From contig JACPHU010000013.1 in assembly GCA_016188495.1 (NCBI GenBank), forward strand, positions 5,498 to 69,497: DNA of 64,000 nucleotides, written 5' to 3'. The stretch comes from Candidatus Uhrbacteria bacterium. Lineage in GTDB: Bacteria; Patescibacteriota; Patescibacteriia; UBA9934; GWF2-40-263. The position numbers and the translations under genes are program-made. This document shows positions 16,123 to 25,056 of the stretch, in pieces. The stretch's first letter is position 1, and each line of letters begins with the position of its first letter. Under the pieces are notes generated by a model that saw only the letters and a list, made by a program, of their open reading frames with translations, was not told the origin of the DNA and ran no database searches.

Positions 16123-18180
16123 ATGCAAACCTGGAAATTAAAGAAGAAGGTTAAAAAAATAGAGAGAAAAACATGGAAAACAAGACTTGTTGCCGTGTTT
16201 CTTCTGGTCACAACCATTGCCATCGGTTTTTACGATTTTCCTGGAATCTGGAATCAAACAGGACAATATGTTCAGGCGAAAACAGGTTGGTTACCACCTA
16301 CTCTTACGGAAAAGTCATTTCGGTTAGGTCTTGATCTTCAAGGTGGAACGCACCTTGTCTATGAAGCCGATATGTCTGAAATTCCAGAAGAAGACCGTGT
16401 AGACGCTCTGCAGGGAGTTCGCGATGTGATTGAACGTCGAGTGAATGCGTTTGGTGTTTCAGAACCTGTTATTCAGACAACAACATCTGGAGGAACCTAT
16501 CGTCTTATCATAGATCTTGCTGGTGTGATGGACGTTTCACAAGCGATTACTCTTATTGGAGAAACTCCTGTATTGGAATTTAAAGAACCTGGACAGGAAG
16601 CCCAGCGTGATCCAACTCCAGAAGAGTTGAGTCAGCTTGAAACGGCTAATACGCAAGAACGAGCAAAGGCGCAGGAAGTTCTTACTCGAGCATTATCTGG
16701 AGAAGATTTTAATGCTCTTGTTTCAGAATTCAGTATTGATGAAAATAAAGAGGAGACTCAAGGAATCATTAAAGACATTACGGGAGATTCGTATTACAGC
16801 GAATATGCCGCATTAATCCAACAAAGAGGTGTTCAACCAGGACAACTCAACAGTAATTTGATTGAGGGGGATGACGGAATCAGTATTTTTAAATATACCG
16901 CTCCAGCAGAAGTGACAGAAATGTTGCTTTCTCACATCCTGATCTGTTTTGAAGGAAAGAAAGGGTGTGCCAGTCAAACACCGGCCTTGGACGCTTCTAT
17001 TCAAATAGGGAATCTTAAAGATCAAGCAACTCCGGAAAATTTTTCTGAATTGGCAAAAACCTATTCCACAGATCCGTCCGCTCTTTCTAACGGAGGGGAT
17101 CTTGGATGGGGAACCGCTACCGATTACGTTGCTTCTTTCAGTCTTGCAGCCGGAGCTCTTCCTGTGGGAGGAATTTCAGATGCTGTTGAGACAGAATACG
17201 GATATCACTTGATCTACAAAGCAGATCAGCGAACAGTGCCCGCCTACACGATTCAGCGTATTTTAATGCCTTTGACCGATATTTCAGATATCGTTCCTCC
17301 TCCTTCCGTTTGGGTCAATACGCAACTTTCTGGAAAAAATCTTGAACGTGCCGCTGTTGAATTTGATCCAAACTCAGGTCAACCCTATGTCGGTCTTACC
17401 TTTGATACAGAAGGAGGAGAACTTTTTGGAGCATTGACCGAGAGTCATGTAGGACAACCGATCGCGATCTTTTTAGATGGAGCCTCCATCTCAACTCCTC
17501 TTGTGCAGCAGGCTATTTATGGAGGACGTGCGGTGATTACAGGAGATTTTACCGTAGATGAAGCAAAGCTTCTTGCCCAACGTCTTAATGCCGGAGCTCT
17601 TCCTGTTCCTGTTGAGCTTTTATCTCAACAAACCGTTGGACCAACATTAGGGGCTATCTCTCTTGAAAAGAGTATTCATGCCGCTTTATTCGGATTTCTA
17701 TTGGTGGCTCTCTACATGATGATTGTTTATCGTCTACCAGGATTTATTTCTGTTGTGGCCTTAGTCTTGTTTGCCTTTCTAAACTTGTTGGCTTATCGCT
17801 TGTTTGGAGTGACGATTACTCTGGCTGGGATTGCTGGTCTGGTTCTTTCTTTGGGGGTAGCAGTGGATGCGAACGTTTTGATTATCGAACGGTTTAAAGA
17901 GGAATTTGCTTCTGGTCGAGATTTTCATTCATCTATCGATGAAGCATTTAAACGTGCATGGACGGCGATCAGAGATGGAAACATGACGACTCTTATTTCT
18001 TCGGTCATCTTGTATTGGTTTAGTTCCAGCTTTATTCGCGGTTTCGGTCTTACTCTTTCTTTGGGTGTCTTGCTGAGTATGTTTACCGCCATCATCGTAA
18101 CAAGAATTTATTTAACGACTGTTCTTGATTGGAAGGGTATTCGTAAACCATTTCTTTTTGGAATCAAAAAACGATCATAG
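16123..18180 (+). CDS. secD: Protein translocase subunit SecD with an inserted tandem parvulin (PpiC) PPIase-like region
   Basis: The SecD head and TM regions are present (LDLQGG, and a C-terminal 6-TM region with VDANVLIIER). Residues about 165-370 carry two parvulin-like modules. One reads SHILI...GGDLGW...GGISDAVETEYGYHLI. Confidence 0.85.
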   Translation: MQTWKLKKKVKKIERKTWKTRLVAVFLLVTTIAIGFYDFPGIWNQTGQYVQAKTGWLPPTLTEKSFRLGLDLQGGTHLVYEADMSEIPEEDRVDALQGVRDVIERRVNAFGVSEPVIQTTTSGGTYRLIIDLAGVMDVSQAITLIGETPVLEFKEPGQEAQRDPTPEELSQLETANTQERAKAQEVLTRALSGEDFNALVSEFSIDENKEETQGIIKDITGDSYYSEYAALIQQRGVQPGQLNSNLIEGDDGISIFKYTAPAEVTEMLLSHILICFEGKKGCASQTPALDASIQIGNLKDQATPENFSELAKTYSTDPSALSNGGDLGWGTATDYVASFSLAAGALPVGGISDAVETEYGYHLIYKADQRTVPAYTIQRILMPLTDISDIVPPPSVWVNTQLSGKNLERAAVEFDPNSGQPYVGLTFDTEGGELFGALTESHVGQPIAIFLDGASISTPLVQQAIYGGRAVITGDFTVDEAKLLAQRLNAGALPVPVELLSQQTVGPTLGAISLEKSIHAALFGFLLVALYMMIVYRLPGFISVVALVLFAFLNLLAYRLFGVTITLAGIAGLVLSLGVAVDANVLIIERFKEEFASGRDFHSSIDEAFKRAWTAIRDGNMTTLISSVILYWFSSSFIRGFGLTLSLGVLLSMFTAIIVTRIYLTTVLDWKGIRKPFLFGIKKRS

Positions 18181-18181
18181 T

Positions 18182-19072
18182 ATGAAGTTACACATCGTCG
18201 AACATCGAAATCGTTGGTTTCTTTTTTCCGGGGTTCTTATTTTAGGAAGTTTTTTAGCGCTTGGACTTTTTGGCTTGAAATTGGGTATTGATTTTACAGG
18301 AGGAAGTCTTATCGAAGTTCAAGCACAACAAGCGCTTAATTCAGAACAAATACGTTCTGAATTGGCAAATGGGGGATATAACGTCACAGTACAAATAACG
18401 GATAAGAACACTCTTCTTATCAGGACAAAAGATTTGAATAATGAGGAGCATGAAAAACTTCTTACCAGTCTTTCTGCCATTGTGGGTTCTGTAGACGAGC
18501 TGCGTTTTGATTCCATCGGTTCTGTCGTAGGGGGAGAATTGAGAAAAACAGCTGTAACGGGACTCATTTTAATTCTTGTTTTGATTGGATTGTATATTGC
18601 TTGGGCTTTTCGGAAAGTATCCGGACCGATCGCTTCCTGGAAATACGGAGTTTTGACCGTGTTAACAGCTTTTCATGACGTGATTGTTCCGTTGGGTGTT
18701 TTTGCCCTATTGGGTCACTTTATGGATTGGGAAATCGATATTACTTTTGTTGCAGCGATCCTCACCATTTTGGGTTATTCTATTAATGATACCGTTGTGG
18801 TATTTGATCGTACTCGAGAAAACTTAACGAAAAAAGTTGGAAATTCTTTTGAAGAAACTGTGGAATTAAGTATTGAACAAACGTTTGCTCGTTCTCTCAG
18901 TACGAGCATGACAACGCTGTTGGCTCTTTTCGCCATTTTTATTTTCGGAGGAGATACTACTAAACCTTTTGCTTTGGCTCTTATTATAGGAATTGCGGTA
19001 GGGGCCTATTCATCTATTTTCGTTGCGAGTCCTGCGTTGGTAGAGTGGGAATTGCGAAACAAAAAGAAATAA
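18182..19072 (+). CDS. secF: Protein translocase subunit SecF
   Basis: MKLHIVEHRNRWFLFSGVLIL, GIDFTGGSLIEV and the SecF 6-TM core. The start was trimmed to ATG 18182, right after the secD stop. Confidence 0.9.
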   Translation: MKLHIVEHRNRWFLFSGVLILGSFLALGLFGLKLGIDFTGGSLIEVQAQQALNSEQIRSELANGGYNVTVQITDKNTLLIRTKDLNNEEHEKLLTSLSAIVGSVDELRFDSIGSVVGGELRKTAVTGLILILVLIGLYIAWAFRKVSGPIASWKYGVLTVLTAFHDVIVPLGVFALLGHFMDWEIDITFVAAILTILGYSINDTVVVFDRTRENLTKKVGNSFEETVELSIEQTFARSLSTSMTTLLALFAIFIFGGDTTKPFALALIIGIAVGAYSSIFVASPALVEWELRNKKK

Positions 19073-19085
19073 ACAGTCCTCTTTC

Positions 19086-19114
19086 AAAAAACTGGGTTGC
19101 AACCCAGTTTTTTG
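19086..19114 (+). terminator. Intrinsic terminator after secF
   Basis: AAAAAACTGGGTTGC/AACCCAGTTTTTT, a perfect stem followed by a T-run. Confidence 0.7.
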
Positions 19115-19133
19115 ATATACTAGAAACTAACGT

Positions 19134-20696
19134 ATGCTTTCACTTTTTGCTATTCCTATTGTAAGCCAGGCGACAGGGTTTGCCTCAGGAACTTCTTCTT
19201 ATTTTTTACAACCTCTGGATGCTATTCTTTTTGATATTCTGATTTGGTTTGGTTGGATTCCTATCGTGATGACGTTAGGTTGGGGTTTTACACAGATGTG
19301 GTTAGATTACCGACGAGGACTTTATTCTGCAAAGTTGAAGTATATTCTTTTGGCGGTCGATGTTCCGACAATGACAGAACAAACACCAAAAGCTCTCGAG
19401 AATTTTTTTGCGTCTATTTACGGAACCAAATCTTCTATTACATGGAAGGAAAAGTGGATTGGAGGAAAGTTACATCCGGTTTTTTCTTTCGAAATTATTT
19501 CGACAGAAGGGTATATTCGTTTTCTTATTCGTACACAGGCACGTTTTCGAGATGTGATGGAAGCCGGTATTTATGCTCATTATCCAGACGCAGAAATTTC
19601 TGAAGTGGAAGATTACGCCAAATCATTTCCTAACGAATTTCCAAATGATGAGTATGAAATGTGGGGTGGGGAAATGACGTTTGATAAGCCTTCCATGTAC
19701 CCAATCCGAACCTATATTGATTTTGAGGATCGGATGACGCAAGAAATCAAAGATCCTTTAGGACTCACGTTGGAACAGTTGGCTAAAATGCGGCCAGGAG
19801 AACATTTTTGGATTCAAATTTTGGTTCAGCCTTCCAGTAACGATTGGGCAAAGGCGAGTGTCAAGCATGTTCGTAAAATTTACGGAGATGAAGATGCTCC
19901 TAAAAAGAGTCTTATTGCTTCAACATTTGAATCTGTTATCGCTTGGCCGACCGGTTTATTGAATGAAACGTTAGGAATCGATTTAAGCGGTTTATTGTCA
20001 TCCGGAACTCAGGTAAAGGAAGTAGATCCTTGGAAGACGTTTAAAATTACTCTTCCGCAAAAAGATGAAGCCGAGGCTATTTTGCGCAAAGCAACAAAAG
20101 TCGGTTATGGAGTGAAACTTCGTATTCTGTATGTTGCGCGAAAAAGCGTTTTTCAAAAAGTCGAACGAACAGGAATGGTGAAGGGAATTTTAAATCAGTA
20201 CAGCCATTTGAATTTTAATAAATTCGCTCTGTATATTCCTCAGGTTCCTAAGGATGATTATTTTTGGATGCGTTGGGAATATACCCAAAAACAACACCGC
20301 TTAATGACCGGTTATCAGAAACGAAGCTGGGGAATCGGTGCAAATCCTATCTGGTTGAATGTTGAAGAACTGGCAACTCTTTGGCACTTCCCAACCATTA
20401 CGATGAAAGCTCCGCTTGTGAAGAAGAGTGAGTCTAAACGCGGAGAGCCACCTGTTGGACTTCCTATCACCTTTTTAGAAGACACACTTCCAGGATTTAT
20501 TCCTCCTAAGACAGAGGAACAAAAACAGAATTATTTTCCTGAATTTGAAGAAGAATCGGAGAAAAAATTAGAACCAGAAAGCTCTTCAGAATCGACAGAT
20601 CCGTTTGAAGATCTTGTTCAACCAGTTCTTCCTCGTCAAACGTTTAAAAAATCTTTAGAAGATGATGATGTTGTTCCTCCGAATCTTCCTGTTTAG
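19134..20696 (+). CDS. Membrane-anchored hypothetical protein (520 aa). It has N-terminal TM helices, a large soluble domain and an acidic C-terminus.
   Basis: TM segments occur at about 1-60 aa. The motif NVEELATLWHFP is present. The 3' end is 29 nt upstream of the following VirD4-like ATPase gene. Confidence 0.6.
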   Translation: MLSLFAIPIVSQATGFASGTSSYFLQPLDAILFDILIWFGWIPIVMTLGWGFTQMWLDYRRGLYSAKLKYILLAVDVPTMTEQTPKALENFFASIYGTKSSITWKEKWIGGKLHPVFSFEIISTEGYIRFLIRTQARFRDVMEAGIYAHYPDAEISEVEDYAKSFPNEFPNDEYEMWGGEMTFDKPSMYPIRTYIDFEDRMTQEIKDPLGLTLEQLAKMRPGEHFWIQILVQPSSNDWAKASVKHVRKIYGDEDAPKKSLIASTFESVIAWPTGLLNETLGIDLSGLLSSGTQVKEVDPWKTFKITLPQKDEAEAILRKATKVGYGVKLRILYVARKSVFQKVERTGMVKGILNQYSHLNFNKFALYIPQVPKDDYFWMRWEYTQKQHRLMTGYQKRSWGIGANPIWLNVEELATLWHFPTITMKAPLVKKSESKRGEPPVGLPITFLEDTLPGFIPPKTEEQKQNYFPEFEEESEKKLEPESSSESTDPFEDLVQPVLPRQTFKKSLEDDDVVPPNLPV

Positions 20697-20725
20697 AGAT
20701 CTTTCGTTCATCTTTCAACAATCAC

Positions 20726-22885
20726 ATGTCTTACAATCACGACCATGAAAACGAAGTAAATTACTTCGCCAAGACCAATTTCCGAAATCAAATGACAAAA
20801 TTCGGAATTAAGACGGATGATCGTCGCCGACATGTCTATGTGATCGGAAAGACAGGTATGGGAAAAACGACCCTCCTGGAGAATTTTATTTTATCTGATA
20901 TTTACGCTGGGCACGGATGCTGTTATGTAGATCCTCATGGAGACACTGCTGAAAAATTGATCAATTACATTCCAAGTTGGAGACTCAATGACGTGGTGTA
21001 TTTCAATCCCGCGGACATGGATTATCCTGTTGGATTTAATATTCTTGAAGCGGTAAGCGAACGTCATAAACATCTTGTCGCCTCAGGAATGATGGGGGTC
21101 TTTCAAAAAATATGGGAAAACATGTGGTCTTCACGCATGGAGTATATTTTAAATAACACCATTCTTGCTCTCTTGGATAATCCTGGACAGACACTGCTTG
21201 GAATTAACCGAATGCTTTCTGACGCTGATTTTCGAAAACGTATTATCGGAAACGTCAAAGATCCTGTGGTTCGTCAGTTTTGGTTAAAGGAGTTTGCTTC
21301 TTATAACGATAAGTATGCCCAGGAAGCCGTAGCTCCTATTCAAAATAAGATCGGACAATTCCTTTCAGCGACCGTTATTAGAAATATCGTTGCCCAAGTC
21401 AAGTCTTCTATTAATGTTCGGGAAATCATGGATAGCGAGAAAATTTTTATTATCAATCTTTCGAAAGGACGTATCGGTGAAGATAATTCTCGGTTATTGG
21501 GAGGACTTCTTATTACGAAAATTCAGTTATCAGCGATGGAACGTGTTGATACGCCAGAAAAAGAACGAAAAGATTTTTACTTATACGTCGACGAATTTCA
21601 AAATTTTGCCGTTGAATCTTTCGCGAGTATTTTATCTGAGGCTCGTAAGTACCGTTTGTGTCTAACCATGGCGCATCAATATATTGCCCAATTAACAGAA
21701 GAGGTGCGCGATGCGGTGTTTGGAAACGTTGGTACTATCATTACGTTTCGTGTTGGTTCCCCCGACGCTGTTTTTATGGAGGCAGAGTTCATGCCACGGT
21801 TTACTCCAGAAGACATTATTAATCTTCCAAAGTTTAACGTTTATCTCAAACTGCTTATTGAAGGGGTTACGAGTCAGCCTTTTTCTGCCATGACGCTTTC
21901 GCCTATTGCTCAAGTGACCCATTCCGAAGAAAAAGTCATCAAGATTTCTCGTGAGCGTTATGCCAAACCTAGAGCTGAAATCGAAGAGAAGATTCTGCAA
22001 TGGAGCGGTATGGAGAATACGGATATGGAGACGCTTTTGAAAGAGGCTGAACAGAAGAAAAAAGACCAGAAAGAAAGTAAGAAACCACGATTTGAATATA
22101 AGTGTTCTCGTTGCGGTAAAGATGTTGTATTACCTGTTGAACTCGATCGATCTCGACCTATTTATTGTGATGACTGTATTGCTATTGTTCGGGATGAGCG
22201 CAAAACTGGTAAAAAACCTTTTGTTAAACCACCTTTTCCTCCTAAGCCTTCGGAAGGACAATCGGTTGAAAAGCTTCCTGAGGAGCCTTCTATCACGTTA
22301 AGCACGCTGCGAAAGCCTTCTATTTCGGCTCCGGTTTCGGTTCCTAAATCCGTCGTCGTGCCTTCAAGAACACCTGCACCTGCAACACCTGCACCTGCAA
22401 CACCTGCACCTGCAACACCTGCACCTGCAACACCTGCACCTGCAACACCTGCACCTGCAACACCTGCACCTGCAACACCTGCACCTGCAACACCTGCACC
22501 TGCACAACGTTCTTCAGTGGCAAGTCATTCATACACGTGTTCTGATTGTACACGCACGTTTAGCGCCGGAGTGAAACTTGATCCTAGTCGTTCGTTGTAC
22601 TGCCAAGAGTGTTTAGAAAAAATTCGCGCGAAGCGTAAAGAACATCCTGTTGAAAAAAAACAAGAAGCCAATCACCCAAGGCTTGTTACCAGTTCGGTGG
22701 TCCAAAGTAGCTTATCGCAACAGACCGATGACGTTACAAAAAAGAAACGTAAACGTAAAAGAAAAAATAAACAGACAGAGACTGTGCCTTCTGTTCATAC
22801 AGAGTCGATGTCTCCTAAAAAACCTGAACCTCCTCAAGAAAAATTGGGAACGCTAAAAACAGGACAAACCGTTCATTTTGATTAA
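20726..22885 (+). CDS. TraD/VirD4/FtsK-HerA-superfamily P-loop ATPase (type IV secretion coupling-protein-like). It has a C-terminal double zinc ribbon and a (TPAPA)9 linker.
   Basis: Walker A is VIGKTGMGKTT. DPHGD follows. Walker B is LYVDEFQNF. LTMAHQ is also present. The C-terminus has CSRCGK...RPIYCDDC and CSDCTR...RSLYCQEC, both YacG-like CxxC...YCxxC ribbons, separated by nine TPAPA repeats. Confidence 0.7.
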   Translation: MSYNHDHENEVNYFAKTNFRNQMTKFGIKTDDRRRHVYVIGKTGMGKTTLLENFILSDIYAGHGCCYVDPHGDTAEKLINYIPSWRLNDVVYFNPADMDYPVGFNILEAVSERHKHLVASGMMGVFQKIWENMWSSRMEYILNNTILALLDNPGQTLLGINRMLSDADFRKRIIGNVKDPVVRQFWLKEFASYNDKYAQEAVAPIQNKIGQFLSATVIRNIVAQVKSSINVREIMDSEKIFIINLSKGRIGEDNSRLLGGLLITKIQLSAMERVDTPEKERKDFYLYVDEFQNFAVESFASILSEARKYRLCLTMAHQYIAQLTEEVRDAVFGNVGTIITFRVGSPDAVFMEAEFMPRFTPEDIINLPKFNVYLKLLIEGVTSQPFSAMTLSPIAQVTHSEEKVIKISRERYAKPRAEIEEKILQWSGMENTDMETLLKEAEQKKKDQKESKKPRFEYKCSRCGKDVVLPVELDRSRPIYCDDCIAIVRDERKTGKKPFVKPPFPPKPSEGQSVEKLPEEPSITLSTLRKPSISAPVSVPKSVVVPSRTPAPATPAPATPAPATPAPATPAPATPAPATPAPATPAPATPAPAQRSSVASHSYTCSDCTRTFSAGVKLDPSRSLYCQECLEKIRAKRKEHPVEKKQEANHPRLVTSSVVQSSLSQQTDDVTKKKRKRKRKNKQTETVPSVHTESMSPKKPEPPQEKLGTLKTGQTVHFD
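22370..22504 (+). repeat. Perfect 9 x 15-nt tandem repeat (ACACCTGCACCTGCA) encoding (TPAPA)9
   Basis: It is read in frame inside the ATPase gene. It also creates the spurious antisense ORF at 22344-22553. Confidence 0.9.
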
Positions 22886-22887
22886 GT

Positions 22888-23688
22888 ATGAATGTTTTTC
22901 AAGCGTTCGTTCTGGGTCTTGTCCAAGGTATTGGAGAGTTTCTTCCGATTTCTAGTTCCGGTTTTCTGATTCTTGTTCCAAAACTGTTTGGTTGGCAGGT
23001 TCAAAGTTTGGCCTTTGACGCTTTTTTGCATATTGCCACGCTCACCGCCACCATCGCGGCATTGTGGCCCGAGGTGAACATCATGTTGCGAGCATTATTT
23101 TTATCCAAAAAACAAGATGAAACCTCGCAACAGTGGCGCAATCTCATCTTATGGATTGTCTGCGCGTTTATTCCTGTGGCTCTTTTTGGATTGATCTTTC
23201 AACATTTCATTGAAGATTATTTCCGTTCCGAAAAAACCGTTGCCATTTCTTTGATTGTCTGGGGAATTGTTTTGTATATTGCCGATAGGCGAGCCAATCA
23301 AAAAATAGATTCCGTAACCCGCGTAGGATTATCTCGTGCGTTTATCATCGGTTGTGCTCAAGTCATCGCCCTTATTCCAGGAACATCGCGTTCTGGAATT
23401 ACCATTACGGCAGGATTATTTTCAGGTCTTTCTCGCGAATCTGCTGCTCGGTTTTCTTTTCTGCTTGCTATTCCTACGGTAGCAGCAGCAGGATTGTTTA
23501 AGTTAGGAGATGTTATTGAAGGTGGGGCAGTCATAGGATGGGTTCCTCTTGTTGTTGGTTTTTTAACAGCGACGATTAGCGGATTTCTTACGGTTCGTTT
23601 TCTTTTACAATTTTTAAAACGTTCTACTTTTAGCGAGTTTGCTCTTTTTCGTATTTTCATTGGAGTGTTTATTCTTCTTTTGATTTAA
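22888..23688 (+). CDS. uppP: Undecaprenyl-diphosphatase
   Basis: The BacA/UppP motifs FLPISSSG and SRSGITITAGL, with 8 TM segments. Confidence 0.9.
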   Translation: MNVFQAFVLGLVQGIGEFLPISSSGFLILVPKLFGWQVQSLAFDAFLHIATLTATIAALWPEVNIMLRALFLSKKQDETSQQWRNLILWIVCAFIPVALFGLIFQHFIEDYFRSEKTVAISLIVWGIVLYIADRRANQKIDSVTRVGLSRAFIIGCAQVIALIPGTSRSGITITAGLFSGLSRESAARFSFLLAIPTVAAAGLFKLGDVIEGGAVIGWVPLVVGFLTATISGFLTVRFLLQFLKRSTFSEFALFRIFIGVFILLLI

Positions 23689-23695
23689 ATGGTGT

Positions 23696-25024
23696 ATGAA
23701 CCCCTACGAAATTCGAGATTCCATTCATAAACATATTGGGTTTAATGCATTTGAACGGGGGATTATCGATCACCCGTTTTTTCAACGATTGCGTTTTATC
23801 TCGCAATTAGGATTTATAGAAGCGTATGTTTATCCGGGAGCCTGTCATGATCGCTTTACCCACGCACTTGGCGCCATGCATGTCGCCGGCCGATTATGGG
23901 GCAGAATAATCGCGTCTACAGATCTTTTTACAAACAGATTATCCAAAGAGGAACTGGAGGCGCTAAGACAACGTGTGCGTTTGGCCGGCTTATTACACGA
24001 CATTGGACATGGTCCGTTTTCTCATGCTTCCGAAGTCATTTTTCCTTCGTTGACGTCATTGCCTCTTGATTGGTCTTGGTGGTATGAAATGCCTGTTAGT
24101 CGCCAAGCCGTTCACGAAGATTATAGCGTTTTGTTAATCCAAACGCTTGCACAGGAGCATCTTTTGGAACAAACGATGGCTCAAGATATTTGTTCTTTAA
24201 TCCATTCCGGTGTTCAGCCATCCTCCGCATTAAGGACGATAGAAAAAAAGATTCCGAGTTTGCAAAAAGTGCTTAAGGGCTTGATTTCAGGAGAGGTGGA
24301 TTGCGATCGCATGGATTATCTCTTGCGAGACGGGTATTACTGCGGAGTCGCTTACGGCCAGTACGATATAGACTGGTTGATTTCTTCCATGGGGGTGCAG
24401 GAGTATCGAGGGGAATTGGTTTTTACTCTTTCAGAAAACGGTGTCCGGGCGTTTGAGGATTTTCTTTTGGCTCGCTATCACATGATCGACCAGGTGTATT
24501 GCCATAAAACCAAGATGGGACTTACGCACTATTTGGAACAAGCTATTTTGCTGGGTGAGATAAGCTTGAACATTCCAACAGATCCGTATGCGTACGCAGC
24601 TCTTCATGATGGAGCTGTGATTGAACAATTATTTGAGGCCAGCAAAAATGAAACGAATTATTATTCTTTTCATTTAATGCACCGTCTGCCTGCCAAGAGG
24701 ATTTTGCGTTTGCATGAAAAAGTTGAACCTAAGGATCAACAGACATTAGAAAAATTACAGCACATCTGTGATCGTTCAGGTATCCGTTGGTTCACACATT
24801 CCATTGAAAAGGAATTAACTCATTTGGGTGAGGATATAAAGAAAACTCAGGAAATTTTTGTAAAGAAACATCGTGTAAGTGGACACGAATTGGTTCCCAT
24901 TTTCGAATATTCGGATTTAGTGAAAAAATACAATGAAAAGCTTCAAATCACCGATTTTTTCGTTTATAGGGAAGATCTCGTTCTTTTTGAGGAACAGTTA
25001 AAAAATAATCCTGATATCTCTTGA
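23696..25024 (+). CDS. HD-domain dNTP triphosphohydrolase-like protein (SAMHD1/Dgt-related)
   Basis: HDRFTHALGAMHVAGRL...LAGLLHDIGHGPFSH...DCDRMDYLLRDGYYCGVAYG. This is the H..RF.HSLGV / HDxGHGPFSH / DxDRxDYxxRD pattern of the dNTPase family. Confidence 0.75.
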   Translation: MNPYEIRDSIHKHIGFNAFERGIIDHPFFQRLRFISQLGFIEAYVYPGACHDRFTHALGAMHVAGRLWGRIIASTDLFTNRLSKEELEALRQRVRLAGLLHDIGHGPFSHASEVIFPSLTSLPLDWSWWYEMPVSRQAVHEDYSVLLIQTLAQEHLLEQTMAQDICSLIHSGVQPSSALRTIEKKIPSLQKVLKGLISGEVDCDRMDYLLRDGYYCGVAYGQYDIDWLISSMGVQEYRGELVFTLSENGVRAFEDFLLARYHMIDQVYCHKTKMGLTHYLEQAILLGEISLNIPTDPYAYAALHDGAVIEQLFEASKNETNYYSFHLMHRLPAKRILRLHEKVEPKDQQTLEKLQHICDRSGIRWFTHSIEKELTHLGEDIKKTQEIFVKKHRVSGHELVPIFEYSDLVKKYNEKLQITDFFVYREDLVLFEEQLKNNPDIS

Positions 25025-25056
25025 TTTTTCTTTCTTTTTTGCTATTCTTTTTTCTT

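Noticed and set aside
19244-19603. 119-aa plus-strand ORF in an alternative frame
   Set aside because: It is nested inside the 520-aa membrane-protein gene in another frame and has Arg/Ser/Cys-rich junk composition.
22370-22504. A regular 15-nt repeat array, considered as a CRISPR-like array
   Set aside because: It has no spacers. The units are contiguous and translated in frame as a Pro/Ala/Thr linker.
22344-22553. 69-aa minus-strand ORF encoding (VLQVQ)n
   Set aside because: It is an antisense reading of the (TPAPA)9 tandem repeat inside the ATPase gene, so it is a repeat artefact.
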